Of a stretch of DNA of 64,000 nt, positions 1 to 14,110 are shown piece by piece. This DNA is from Ascidiella aspersa (taxonomy: Eukaryota): assembly GCA_963924565.1 (NCBI GenBank), contig OZ004612.1, positions 28,148,001 to 28,212,000 on the forward strand. The letters run 5' to 3'. The translations under genes were made by a program, and so were the position numbers. A model generated the notes under the pieces. It saw nothing but the letters and a program-made list of their open reading frames with translations, made no database searches and was not told where the DNA came from. How positions within the stretch are numbered: the stretch's first letter is position 1; the number at the start of each line of letters is the position of its first letter.

Positions 1-2175
1 GGATTGTTATGAAATTCCCTGTTAACTGTCAACAATAAAAAAAATTGGAATATGGCGTTAAATGCCCAGACATTATCATTTAGTAGTTAATTGACGTGTG
101 AAAATTTCTTTGACCGTTTATAAATAAGTTTTGCATGAAGTTTAAGCTTTCAATTTTGTTCTAGGTCCCTAATTTTTTTTCTAAGTTAATTAAAGCAAAA
201 TGAGACTAATACTAATTTTAATCTGATTTGTTAATTGCTTGTGTGCTCTGATTGTAGCTCTAATCCAGGCTTCGTAAAAATGATACTTTGTCCAAAGGCA
301 TTTTTAGTCCCTCAGACAAAACAACAACAAATTTGAATTAATGCTCTTTGGCCGAAACTATTTGTATGTGATCGTATAACATCCCCATTCATCGATTCAC
401 GATCGACATTAACCCTTATATAAATAATGACGTAAAACATTTCAGTCAACCCTTCCAATGTTGCCCGGCAGACCAAGTCGATAAATCTTGGTTCTCTGTT
501 TGTTTTTCCTGTTAACTTAACGCAGCACTTCAGAATTTTCGGGGATAAAATTACAAGATGCTGCCTCCGTGTAAACATAATGAAACGCGAGACGGCTGTA
601 TGACGTAATAATACCGCCATTATTACAGCACTTCAACCGCGACGCGAGACATCGCCGCCCGCAATAAAGTTTACCTTCGCGCCGCGACCGACAATTTTCA
701 AACGTAAACAAAAGAACAATAACAACAAGGGCACTGGTGAGTCACAACCGGCCTGACAATGGGGCCATTCAGGGGGCAATTTACGCCTTTTTGTCGAGGG
801 GAGGCGGACCCTGTCTTCGAATAGAAATTCAGGGGACGGTTTACCGGTTCCAGCCGCCCTGAGAAATGGATTTGTTACGTCACCTCTTATTCCCCCCGAA
901 AATATGAACTGGTGACAATGGTGTGGCATTGTTGAAATGAACATTGGTCGAATTAAGCTGTTTAGGTTAAAGTGGTGTGAAAGGATATTTGATACTTGAC
1001 CATTTGTTCCGATAACGATATTTTGGTCACAGAGATTGCGGACCAATCCGTTCCAGTGATTTCATTACTGAAGTCAGATTTAAGGGCAAAACCTTAAAAC
1101 GGGCTATTGGAAATTATAATTTTATCGTTTATTTGTGTTGGGTTGAGAAGTTAAACGAACTAATATAAATATAGTTCAAATGCATCTAAAAAATATTATT
1201 AAACTAACCAGTATTTTTAGGTTTGGCTTTGGTAGGGGAAGTGAAATTTGGAGAAGCCGCAAATATTTCTTTTATTTATTTAACTGCTAATTCTTGGCGA
1301 TGGTTATACAAGTGGGCAATATTGAAAAAAAAGCGGTTGGAGAAATTTAAAATACAGTATAGGTGTCTCAAATCACATTTAAAAAGAACCCGAATATGGT
1401 ATTAGCTATAACGATTCGGTATTATAAATTAAGGATGATGATATAGTGCGATATAACACGTATCTAAGACCTTCAAAATCCGGTAGAACAACGGAAATCG
1501 GACATCCTAATCGGCAAATTTATCTTTCCAAAGAATAAGTTTCCGTTGCTTTGCAATTTGATTGATATAGGAAATCGCGCAAAACGGCAAATTTCGCTTC
1601 CTAAAGAATGACAAAATGTCCTGATTAAAAGTGACGAGGTAATCGCACAAAAGCGATGATTTTTAATCTCAATAGCAATTTGTTCGTCGCCAGGATTTAC
1701 ACAACACCTCCGAAGGCACGCGGAAATGCGCAGGTTGGTTAGTGGACAAACTTGATCGTGGCCAAATTTTCTCACGGGCCGACGGGAAATTGAATTACAC
1801 AGTCGAGCGGCGAATGGCACACAAAACAAGCTAAGTCGCACTCGTATAAACTAGACCCCTGTACTGTGGAAGCCGTAAGCTGCAAGAAAGCGTAACGTTT
1901 CGCAAACAAATCGAAAAGGACCGCAAGATCGGCCACTAACCGCCACCGTGAATAACCACAAACTGCCGCAAGTTCATTTCGCCATTTCGACTTTTTCCAG
2001 TCACGCCATGGAGCGGTCATTAACGCACGATTTGCTTTTATAAACGCACGAATTGTCGGGAGAAAAGCTGCCTTATCTAACTTTAAAATTCATTACTACA
2101 AGTTAATTGGCGATCCAATATATTCCAATAAAAGTTGTTGTTCGGTTAATCACCAATAAAGGCAATTGAATAACT

Positions 2176-2468
2176 CAGGGCTTCGCAAACATTTTATTCC
2201 GCGACCCTTTTTCTTTTATTAATTTTTTTCGCAAACGTTGGTTATTTGACGGTGTTAACGTATAACGTTTGTGTAGCTCCGGAACTCATGTACTGAAGTA
2301 AATGCCTACCTCAAAGATTATGATTTTTTGCTCAAGTTTGCCATTTTTGTATCGAAGGAAAAAATTTCAAAACATTTTGTCTAACGTTGGTGTAGTTTTT
2401 TATTTGGGACCCTAAAACACGTTGCGCGACAATCTGCAGTGTCGCGATCCCCAGTTTGGGAAACAGTG
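2176..2468. mobile_element. Degenerate hAT/Charlie-like MITE
   Basis: CAGGGCTTCGCAAAC...GTTTGGGAAACAGTG ends with CGCGACCC subterminal motifs; no TSD visible. Confidence 0.5.
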
Positions 2469-5400
2469 AAATTGATCACGTGATAGTCTAGTTCGGGGTC
2501 AAACAGAGGTCACAAAATCAAACAGAGGTGACCCCTAAACTTAGTAAAAAGCGCAAGCGAATCACAAGAATAAGAGAAACAGCAATGTTTAATGACTATG
2601 TACAATGTGGAGTATGTTTAATGTATTGCTATCGCCAAAATGTTGTGCAAAGCGAAATGTGTATGTTTTTGGAATAATGGTTGCAGGTTAACGTTAGTTA
2701 ACTGTAACAAAATAAGATAAATCGTCTCGTTACAAGTCATCTTACAAAGGCTGTCAAGTCAAATTATTGGCAAAATGACTAAAGTCCAAGTCAAGTGATT
2801 TTCAACATATAGGCTAACCAGGCAAATCCATGTCATTTCATTGTCATTAAAACCCATTGTACTCTTTGATATTTCGCATAGCAAACATTAAAAACGTAAG
2901 AAATATCTATAGTTGGCAATTTTACATTTAAATTGAGGTAAATAGCCCTATATAACAAAAATGCCTGTTAAAGAACTTAAATGTAAATCCAGTGTTTTTG
3001 TCCGCCAGGCCAAGTCATCTAAATCGGTGAAACTTAATTGAATTAGTTCATTATTAAGTCAAATGCAACAATGTCACTCACAATTTTGCTAAAAAATATC
3101 ACAACACCCACTATATTTAAAAAAGGTAATTTTCCCCGCTTTGCCATGATAAATTTCGAAGGCGAAATGAAAAACGTGCCGGAAAAACCAGGCATGTTTG
3201 CGCTGTAGCTGTTTGCTTAATCCTAGGCCTGTTTGCCGATCTATTGTGACACACTTGTGGTGGGATTAGGAAAAAAGTTATTTTTACTTGCCACTAACGC
3301 TGCTTTGAGCCTTAACTTGTGTGGTTAACCTGGCAAATAAAGCCACCCCGGATTGCCTTAGCGCTGTTGATTATCGTGGCGAGGATTTTTTAGGTATTTT
3401 TGTCCATTAACAATCGAACGCTGCAATAAGTTTTCGCATCGGAACTTCCGCGGCGGATTTTTTTCTCTCGTTCGTGATAAGGAGAGGTCGGGGGGACAAA
3501 ATTTCCGCCTTACAACGTCATCAGACCGCGACGCCCCTTGTTACGTCACACAGAAGAACAAAGCGTGCGCTTTTTTCGCGAGAAACAACGACTGAGTTCA
3601 CGCACCTTTGCAATCGAGGCCCTTGACTGACACATTTTGTGTTTCTTTACACAGAAACATCTTTCTTGGGTACACTTTATGCACGGATCTGTAATGTAAC
3701 TTAATAATTAATTGCAAAGCTAATAAGGTCGAGTAGATCGACATCATCTTCATTAAGACGTTGCGATACGAGCTTGTATTATATTTCAGTTAATGTCACG
3801 TTTTTTGCTTTGCAATTTAATAACATCCTTCTTAAGATTGAATTTTATTTGGTATATGTTTCGATTTGTTACAATCTGTTTGGACATCCCGATTTAGAGT
3901 TCTCTAAAACTCTACAATTATTCGATGCCGACCAGGACTTTTGCTTAGGCCCTGCTAGACTTTGATGTAAAATTGTTACTTTTTTACAGTTTTGTAATAT
4001 TGTAAATGTGTTATACCTTGATACTGTTGAGCTACTTTATTATATTGGTGTCACGACAAAAATGCATTTCTCCGGCGATCAAATCGTCATCAAATCAATG
4101 AATAAAAAAATAGTGTTGTTAAAACAGATCCATGTATAATAATGTAATGTAATCAGGCCACTTAAGGGAAGGGTAATTAAACTCAGGACTTCAGTGTGAT
4201 AGTCTCAAATGTACAGTGTGATCATTTTCTGAATCTGTCTTGTTTTGTGGTGACTCTGGTGATTTTACTGCCTAAAAAGCTGTTTGCAACTCTTCAACAA
4301 TGAGTCGAAATATACAGAACTGTGCAAACCTTTATGGATATAAGCTACAATTTAACGACCGTGTGGAAGTTTTCACAATAGGCTGAAATCATAAATTGCT
4401 CAAAACTTTATTTTAAAATAAAATGTCCTCCTCGTTAAAGCTTGTTTTAACCAATCCGTTTGCCATCTTTTTTCTTCGCTCAAATTTCCTATTTTATAAA
4501 AGCAAATGGATTGCCGCGGAAGTTTCCAGAACCTTGCAAACGACCGTGACGTCAGGTAAAAAATAACGTTTTGGAGCAGTCAGGGCGGAGAACTGCACAG
4601 TCTGCAATTCTGCTGTTTCGGTCTAAATACACCCAGGCGCAAGCAGTTTCGACCGCAAAGCAACGCATCGGGACAAAGACGTTTGCCATGCATAGCCCCT
4701 GTATCAGGTCAAGCGTAAAGCAGGCTAAAAATGCATCTGCGCGTTCTGTTGACATCTGTGAGCGGAAAAAATGAACGTCTTGATTTAGAAATTCCGTTGG
4801 GGCATTTGCATTTGCGCCGGGGTGGCGAGAGTTTATAAATAGAGCCAAAAATATTTGCCGTCTATTTTTGCGCCTTTGATAAACTCTATGCTGGATGAAA
4901 GTGATTGATTGCTTGTTTTTTGCAGTATACAACCTCTTTTCAGTAACCTAATTCAAACATAAATTCTTGTTTAAAATTGGCTGGACAAAAATATATGTTC
5001 GGGGATTGAAACTTTTAAAAACATCAAGCATAAAAAACATTATTCTGATGAAGATAGTAAATTGAATTGATTTTTACATTATTTTTTTTGGACCTCATAA
5101 ACGCGGGTGAGCTAATCTGCGGTTTGCGTTTGTTTAAAATATGCAACTTGGTAACATAGAAAAAATTATTATTTTTCCCCAGGACTATGCTATAAAAAAA
5201 CAAAAAAATTAAAAATCCAACAAAATATTAAAATTGACTGTAAAGTTCAACAACAAATGTTTTGTGCTCGATTTAAAGCAGCCAATCAAAAAGGTGAATA
5301 AAAAGACTGTTGAAAAATTATACAAACAGTTGCTCGAAACAAAAAATAAAAATCCGTAAACAGAATGCCGCACCGGAGTAAGTACGTTTTCTCCTTTATG

Positions 5401-8148
5401 AATCACAAGCTGAGGTACTCACAAGGGAGAAACAAACTTCTGTGGAGCACTCTAGGGCGAAAACAATAGCATCAACCAAGATATCTGATTTTATAAATGA
5501 CTGTAGGTGGTATACTTGTGGATATAGCAGGAAAATTTCCAAGATGCCGTGAGTTCAGATATCTATTAATAGTTAGTCGTTATGTTTTCTGTCTAAAATT
5601 GTGGCAGAATTGGCAAAGCGACCGTTTCAACAAAGCGCAACCAACCGTAGCGAAAAAAACGCCGACTAGACACGCATCGCTGAACAGTGAGAGATACAAA
5701 ATTCCCGATTCTTCGAATAGCATTTTGAATCGCGGTTGAACGAAAACTTATTTTAGGTCGCACGAAAACCAAAGTAAACATTTTTCTTTTCCTATTTTAG
5801 CTCGTTCAGTTAACCAGGCAATACGCCCACGCTTTATCTGGTTATTTTTGGTTCAAAAAAGCTTCCATTTCGCTTTAAGTTTGTTTACCGTTACAGAATA
5901 CAAAGATAGACCCCCTAAATTACTATCAACTGAAATGTGATACGTTACAATACGTGCACATATTTCGATGGGGACAAAAATCGTTATGCAAATGTCCACC
6001 GAATATAGAATTCTCTGACGTAAAATAATAATGATGGGGTGAAACAAAACAATCATGGTAGGTCAAGCAACAATTACCCATCTGGGTATTTTAGGATTTT
6101 TTTTGGTTTAGTTTTTGAGGTTGGTTACCCCTACTTAATAAAGCACCAAATCTTTCGCAGATTGTCATGCTTTTTGACTTATATGGATTTATACGATCAG
6201 AAGACAAAAGTCATTTTTTTAACTAATATATATATAATATATATATGATTATATATTAAGACCAACAGTATTACAAGCCCAGCGCCGTAAATCACCATTC
6301 CGCTAAATTAACGATTCTAGCATTAATGGCGTTATTTGCACCGATGTTAACAAGTGTTGGCTTTTTATCGTCATCCCGAAACCGTTATATCAAACGTTCA
6401 TAACCACACAGGTTATACAGCGTTAACGAATAGCATATGAAAACTTGTACTTGTCAGTAAAACCTTTTTTCTTTAAAATTTAGCAACGTGAAGCAAGTTA
6501 TTATTTTAAGTAAAAACGAATGGCAATATAGACTTACCCCCAAATGGTAGCACAACGTAACAGGGTTAAAAACAAGTCATTTTGAAAAATGCAGTTCGTG
6601 TCATTTGCGAATAATAATAAGTCAAGTCCCAGTCCACGTCATTGTCATAGCAACTCAATCCATTTACATAACAAAACTCGTAAAGTTGGTAAACTCGTCT
6701 GATCCTAAGCGATATTTTGATTAGCACACAAAAAAGCCTTACGTGGGCAAACGGTTTTGCAACCAAAAAATATTTCAAAACCCTCAGGTTAAGTAATTAC
6801 AGCAGGGCAACTTCCCCAAACGGTGTATTCTGCAGCACTTGCCCCACCTAGCAGCCAACAGATGCACGCTCATAGCTCCACACCAGCTATACAACAGTGC
6901 CTCATTTTTTTCTATAGGCGCGTTGAGTTTTGGCTTGCTGAACCGCTAAATGACTCATGTATGGAGTTGGCTAATTGACCTTTCGATAGAGTTGGTCAGC
7001 GAAGCATAGAATGAAAGGAAATGATATTAAGCCTATAAGTTGATTGTATTACTTTGCTATAGTCACGTAAGTCAACGGTTGTTAACCGTTTTGTATTAGT
7101 ACACAGAAAGCCATCGCAGACTTAACGAATCTGTCGATCAATGATGCAAGCAAGGCGAATATAACAATCCTAGAAAGATAAGATTGCAAAACATATCAAA
7201 TGGTAAACTATACACTTGGTAGTAATAATTTTACGAAATGACCCCTGCGATATGGTTAATACAGCTACCGAGAATCAAGGAAAAAAGCAAAAAACACTGT
7301 TTTAGGGGATCTGCCCCTGTCGGAAAATTTTCATCAACAACAATAAGATTACAGTACAACGCATTTTTAATATACAAGGGGCTTTTTCCACTGGGATTTA
7401 AACCTCGAATCGTTACAGCATCACAAAAACCATTACAGCATCTCAAAAACTACGTAACAACAAAAGGGCAATCACCCTGGGCTGAGTGTCTGGAAATATT
7501 TCAAGTATCCGCTTCTTGACTCAACTGGGAAAGTATGAAGCCGCCTTACCAATTTCTTGGCACAAATGGCGCAATATAAACCATATTAAATATAGATTGA
7601 TAAAAGAGCTCATCTTTATAGAATCCAAAACCAAAAGTTTGTTGGGCTTGCAAAGCACCAAGCGATAAGAATTCCAACAGTGTTCACCCCAAAGCCATTT
7701 TTGTTTCAAAAATTCATAATAATTAACAGCCGCAGTTTTTGCCTCGTAACAATATGCTTGAATACACATGTATGGTGATAATTTTATCTAAAAGCATTTA
7801 CTAGCGAAATTAAGTTTTGATACGAAACAGGATTATTGTGCAGCGCCCTTTAAAATTGAACGCTGCTTCAACAAAATACGTCATGTTACAATAAACCAAC
7901 TTATTACAACATCAAACGTAATCAACTGTCGCCCCTAGAAAAATTTTGGAAATCAGAAAATCCCTTAAAGGCTCTTAATTGAACACTTGTTGCAATAAGA
8001 GGGGAATCACCTATCTGGAGATATCTTAATCTTAGAAAGTTTAGAGCGGAAATCTTGGTGTATTACCCTGTGGGAATGCGTTGAAAAAATTGATAAAGCC
8101 TGTCGCTTAAGCGCTGTTCGTCATTTTGTAAATGTAATTAAGTGGAAG

Positions 8149-8221
8149 ATGATGATAATTTTCGAAGTACTTTTTCGCGCACTGCTTTGGATTACGCTTG
8201 CAAGCAACTCACAAGTACATG
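8149..8221 (+). CDS. Candidate signal-peptide first exon (MMIIFEVLFRALLWITLASNSQVH-), phase 1; possible alternative first exon of the galaxin-like gene
   Basis: ATG at 8149, hydrophobic core, ends CAT G|GTAAGG (strong donor). Same phase as the exon at 19039. No other coding exon recognised before 19 kb. Confidence 0.5.
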
Positions 8222-8539
8222 GTAAGGTTATAAACGATAATGTACCGTATTAAAATACGAAAATATCTAAAATACGAAAATATGCTTTATTTCTAATCAC
8301 CAGTATTTTGCTTTATGTTTGAAATCGCAAAATAGAAACACATTAATAGTAATTAAATTGTGATTACTGATTCAACCTGCTTTTATTCGGCGGCCATATC
8401 AGTGGTGACAGAATTTAACAATTTACAAGTTTTCAAATGTAGAATGGCATAACGCTATGGCAATCAAAATACTCACATTGTGCAAAAATTATAAGACAAA
8501 TGATATTTAAACCACAAAAATCAGGATTTAGTATACGGA

Positions 8540-8670
8540 ATGGTTATTTCTCGACATGCTCTTCACCGAGCCTGCAAAGCTCAGTTAGTAGAGCAAAGGT
8601 CACGCTGTGGCTAAAGGTCGTGAGTTCGAACCTCACTGCAGGCTAGTTGTTTTTCTAGCCTTGCCTTGCT
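8540..8670 (+). mobile_element. tRNA-like repeat (SINE-like), copy 1
   Basis: GCCTGCA...TGCAGGC acceptor stem, A-box-like AGCTCAGTTAG, B box GTTCGAACC, downstream TTTTT; homologous to 57367-57640. Confidence 0.75.
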
Positions 8671-11600
8671 TAAAATTAAATTCTTTAGCAGTCAACTACA
8701 GTAGTTACGGTTGGCCCCTCTAAATGGCTCTACGACATAGCTTGCGTTTAAAAAGCCTTTTTTAGTACTATACCACATGTTACACGCATGTTTATAGCTT
8801 ATAGCACATTCAATAACTTTGGGATAATTATGTGAGAATATTCATTTGCATACACACTTGTTAAGCTGACTGAGGTTAGGAATTGCAAAACCGGGTTCAA
8901 ACCGCTTAAATCAATGTAATCTAACAGTTACTTGCTGCACGAATAAACAGTATCACAACATAAACTCAGACAAACACATATATATATAACACTTATACGT
9001 GCTGTCGCGCATATTTTTAACGTTATAGGGCTCTTTTGGCAAGTTAATATCTAAAAAAAATGCACGATATACGTAGACAATCTATTAGCTTAATACGCTA
9101 GCGATAAGATTGAGAGTCGGCCTTGCGTAATACACGTCATTGCTTGCGTTGCGTCACTATCACTAAAGAGCATACCAATATAACCGGTGGCATTTAAACC
9201 GTCTAGTATATAGACGGATGTTTGTTCAAACTATGCTCAAAACAGAACTGGTAATTGAGTTTGTGCGTAAGAATTTTAAAGCGGACGAGAATAGGCCAGC
9301 TATATATGTGGTTTCATCGCCAATGTGATCGGATTAAGCGACATTATCGGGACCAGATCGGCACTCGATTAAGCTTCCCCGGCTAAGGCCGGCGAAGTTG
9401 TCATTTGGCAAGCGAATACGAGTGGCTTTGCGTTCAGTCATAGGTTTATCGAATTAAATATTTAGACGTTCCGGGGTGGCCGAGCCTGCGTCAGACAACT
9501 GCAACATGTTCGACGAGAATTATTAAATATTGCCGTTATCGTTGGCCAGTAGGAATTAAGAGATATATTGCATCTCTAGACACGTGTGTGTAACGGTTTT
9601 AGTCAACTCAAAGACTTAACCGTGTAAGGATATTTATTCCTAATCTGCATTTTTAACTGGCTGAGGTTACAAACTACTAAAACACGAGTAGTAAAACTAC
9701 CTTATTACGATGTGATCTAACTTTAATTACCACAGAAACATACAGGCACACTCATAAATAAATAAACCGAGACGCATTTTACAGCTATTACTTTAAAATA
9801 AGAAAAACTTTAAGACGTTTGTCTTCTAATTTTCATCATTTAAAATCTGGCATTAAGTGACTGATAAAGCAACAAACGAAACACCTTGCTTCGTTACTGG
9901 TTTTTGCCTTTTTGTGTAGCCTTAAAAAAACTTAAAAATCGTGAGATAAATGGTTTGTGTTAAGCGTAAATTACATACAGATCTAAAGCAGGATAATCAA
10001 ACACGATGAGTATTGAAACCAGAGCTGTAGAGTCCGTTAAAAACAACACGAGTTCAACTCCTGCGCATGCGCACGTCGCATTTGGGGTTTGTCTTACGTA
10101 TTCTTACTCAAGTCCGACTCAAGCAAGATAAATCGACCTAGTCGAGTCCTAACTCACAACCCTAATTCAAATACGAGCGCACTAACGCCGTTTGGTCATG
10201 ACGTCATCGATCTATGGTGCAATATAGCTGTTTGTTATGTCACGTATTGTTTTCCTGATGGCAGAGCACCGGGTTAAAAGGTCAGAACATTAAATTGCAA
10301 CACCGTTAAAATATAAGGACACGTAAATGAACAATGCAACTCCTAGGTTAGAGCTGTACTTGCTATTTTTTAGGCTTTGTTCTCAGCTACCACAAATCTC
10401 TATTTCATTTACCCAACAAATTTAACATAACCGTAATAACCTAGTATAAACTCAGTATAGGCATGAAGCAAGATAAGTTCAGTGAATTTAGCCGACTATT
10501 CACAACAAATGATGTGTTCTGAATGCATTTAGGTTGGTGCAAGTGTAGCAATGCGCACAAAATTTATAAATGCCGAAATCTGTTGGCTACCGCTACAAAC
10601 ATTTCATTAAACCTTAGGTGAACCATTCGCCAGAAACACTTGTTTACAAATAAAAAAGTGTCTAAAATTCGAAGATTTTCATTCAATTTTTCACTCTAAA
10701 TATGCACAATTTATAATAGAAAGCTCTCAGGTTAATGCGATAAGTATACGACATCCTGGTGTTTGGTTTGTTGTTATGGACAACAAACAAGAATAAACAT
10801 CGCGTCCTGCTGAACTCCCAAAAGGGTCACATGATGAACAAGTTCCAGCATAAAAACAACGCGACGTAATCTCCCTTTGCGTCAAAACGGGACTTTTTGC
10901 GTCGTTAAATGTCACGCAACAACGCCATACAATAACGCAATAAAAAGAAAGTGATAAAAGGCCTTGTTTGACCAAGAACGTAACGCTTAGTAAAGTAAGC
11001 TAGGCCTTTATCACTGTGTGAAAAGGAGCGCGTAATCCTATCTAATGGATAGCTAATTCCAACGCTTGAATAAAACGTGAACCCCTATTCATACAAGAGA
11101 AAACTGAAAGAGCAGACAATCCATAGAAACAGCTTGTGGTTCATAATATCGCAAATTTAACTGATATTGAACGCTTTAGCCTGTATAAATAAGGTCTCGT
11201 CAGCGCCACAATGATTTACGTCGACGGAATTGGGATTACGTTAGACTAGACGCAGCATACACGCTTTTATCCATATAAAGCCATGGTTGTGGGTTTGGAC
11301 AAAGAGAAATACTGTAATAGTGCCCTAATGAAAAAAGCCTGTTTCATAAACCTACTTGAATTTGACCCTTATACTACTGAAATAGTATATGATTTTCTAA
11401 CTCTTTTAAACACAAATGGACAGAGCCATGTCCAACCAAGATTAAAATGTTTGAAATAGGTTTCATAACGCACATCACTAATGCAGTGTTATAAAACTTT
11501 TTTTTATGTAATTTGATTAAAGGATTTAGCTTTGAAATAAATAGCCCAGAAGGTGGTAACTCCTCTGCTTCGACTTTTGTTGAGGTCATGTAAACAAAAC

Positions 11601-13649
11601 AAAGAAAAATATTTTTAAACTCTCGAAAGGGCTAAACGCCGTAGGAGAGGTTGAGTAAATTGCGGCGGAAAAAAGCGGTACGTCAAAGCGTTACGTAATC
11701 TTCACTGGCGCCAAATCGAGTATTTTTTGCGTGGCACAAAGGTCGCGCAAAAGCGACAGACAATAAAGTGATAAATCGTCTGGTTAGTTTAACCATAACG
11801 TAACATCCATAAAGCGATCAAATGAAATGCTTTAAAATCGACCGCACACTGAGTGTTTGGATTGGCGAAGAACGGAAAAGAACAACGTCGTTAGGGAAAC
11901 AGGAAAACAGTTAGGGCAAAACAAAAGCTTTTGAAAAAGCATAACACATTCGGTGGTCCTTCGTCCACAAGCAAATTCTTGTGTTGGCTGCAAACGTTGA
12001 TTTCGTTTTTGACTTTACGTATACGCATTCTCGAACATTCAATGGTGAATCTTTTAACGAAAATTTAAATTGAATCTAAATTAACCGAAAATTATCAGAT
12101 TCGAAAAATTGCGGCATTCCAAATTTAATGGAAATTTGAATGCAAACTATTACTTCATTGTCGTGTTGTTACTATTTAATAATTGCAGCATATGATTTGG
12201 TAAAAAGGTTAAAAAAACATTCAATCTTCGGTTTACGATAAAAAAAACAAGAACCATTGCTCGCACAGGCAACAGTTGTGTATAACAGGCTCGCTGTTGT
12301 TTTAAAGAGCTTTTTCTGGTTAGTATAATATAGCGATGTTCACTGTATTTGTATTGGTAGTAATGAATTTGCGTTTCGCTTCTGTTACTTGTTCGTTGAA
12401 GAAGTTTGCCTATCCCTGACTTAGCAGGTGTAAAGGTATAGGTACAAAATATCGATAAGACTCTTGCATTTAATGAAGTTGTGACATCAATAGTGGGGCA
12501 TACTCTCCTACGAACAACTGGTCATCAGGCTCAATTCGATACCAGAACAGTGTTTCTCAACCGTTTATCGTGGCGACACAAACACTCTGCGTAAGAATAA
12601 ATGCGGAGCTTTATGGCGACCATATTCTCTTCAATAAACCACTTACTTAAAAGCCTAACGTGAACAAAAAATAAATATGACAGTAGCATGATTAAAGTCA
12701 AACTTTTATAAATATGGGTCACAGCGTCGCATTGCTTTCGCAACTTTCGCAACTTTCGAAAAGTTTGACGAAAAATCTTACTCAGAGCCAATTTTAATAA
12801 ACTTAACCCTGTGAACTAAATGCAATCAAATCAAACGGCCACTCAATTGCGGGTCGCGACCCATGGGTGACAAAACACTAATACAGAACGAGAGAAAGCT
12901 AATCCACGTTAACAGAGCGCAACAAAACGACGCCAAAGCAGCGTAAGTGGATTGTTTGTTGTGGCAACGCAAGCCCGGTAGGGGATTCCCCTTGCGTCTG
13001 CACCACAAGAATTCCCTTTGTTCGTGGAATTGCAGCTGCGGCAACTGTTACGACATAATGAGGCGCTTTGAGTGAACGCGCGACACGGTACGTCGTGGTT
13101 AGGGCATCAGTGAACACTTGAGAGGTTTGCGAGCCCTCCTACTGTGCGTTGGGAAATACCCGTTGCGTCTGCGTCAAAACGTCCCAGTTTTTTGAGATGG
13201 TAATTACTTTACATAACCGTAGGGACGTGGGGTGAATGAGCCGAAAAATAAAGTACAAAATAAAACAAAAAAACATATGTTCTATAATTTAGGATATATT
13301 TCCAATAGCCTGTGGTGAACCCAAAAATGTTCCATGGCTAAGGAGCGCTGGCTTAGGCATTGCGCTTAGCCCACTACTGCAACAAGACCCACTTTAGCTA
13401 TAACTGTTGCGTGGCACTAAACGTTGATGTTTTGGGAAAAATAAAAACTATAGGAAGGTTACCAAAGTCCCTCGTACGTTGGAAATACCCTTGCGTGTTA
13501 ACCACATCTCTTCAACCGAGCATTACCGCATCGGCAGTAACAAAATTTGATGCAAACCAGTTTAAACAATCACGCACAGCATCAGATCGGTTGTATTTTG
13601 TAGGATCAATGAACAAAGGTTACAAAATTTCCGCCCTGCTGTGTGTCGG

Positions 13650-14110
13650 ATAAATTCCCTTGCGTCTGTGTCAATACGTCCCCTAGCTTCGTAATCGGCC
13701 CATGAAGCAATTATTACGCCACAATAAGACGCGAACTAAGTCATTTGAGATTGATAAACACGAGATAATAATCTCACGTACCAAGCGTCGAAATCCTGGG
13801 GAATAACCTTGCGTCTGCGTAAAAACGTCCCAACGGTTCGAAATCGGCCCATGAAGCAATTATTACGCCACAATAAGACGCAAACTAAGTCTTTTGAGAT
13901 TGATAAACAAGGGGAAACAGTCTCACGTACCAAGCGTCGAAATTCTGGGAAATAACCTTGCGTCTGCGTCAAAACGTCCCAGCGTTTTGAAAACGGTCCA
14001 TGAAGCAAATAATACATCAGAATAAGACGCAAATTAGGCCGGACAATTGCAATTCATAAACAACGGAAAAATGTCCACGTTACGGTGCGTCGAAATCCTG
14101 GGGAACAACT
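13650..14110. repeat. Tandem repeat, about 149-bp unit x3, with partial copies at 12981, 13151 and 13481
   Basis: TGCGTCTG anchors at 13661, 13810 and 13959. Confidence 0.9.

Noticed and set aside
6531-6620. Strong minus-strand donor (GGG|GTAAGT) at 6537
   Set aside because: No upstream ATG-open frame or downstream acceptor exon identified; at most a non-coding exon.
312-7769. Numerous 60-137 aa ORFs in the first 8 kb
   Set aside because: No recognisable domains, no consistent splice signals, many with non-ATG starts; expected by chance.
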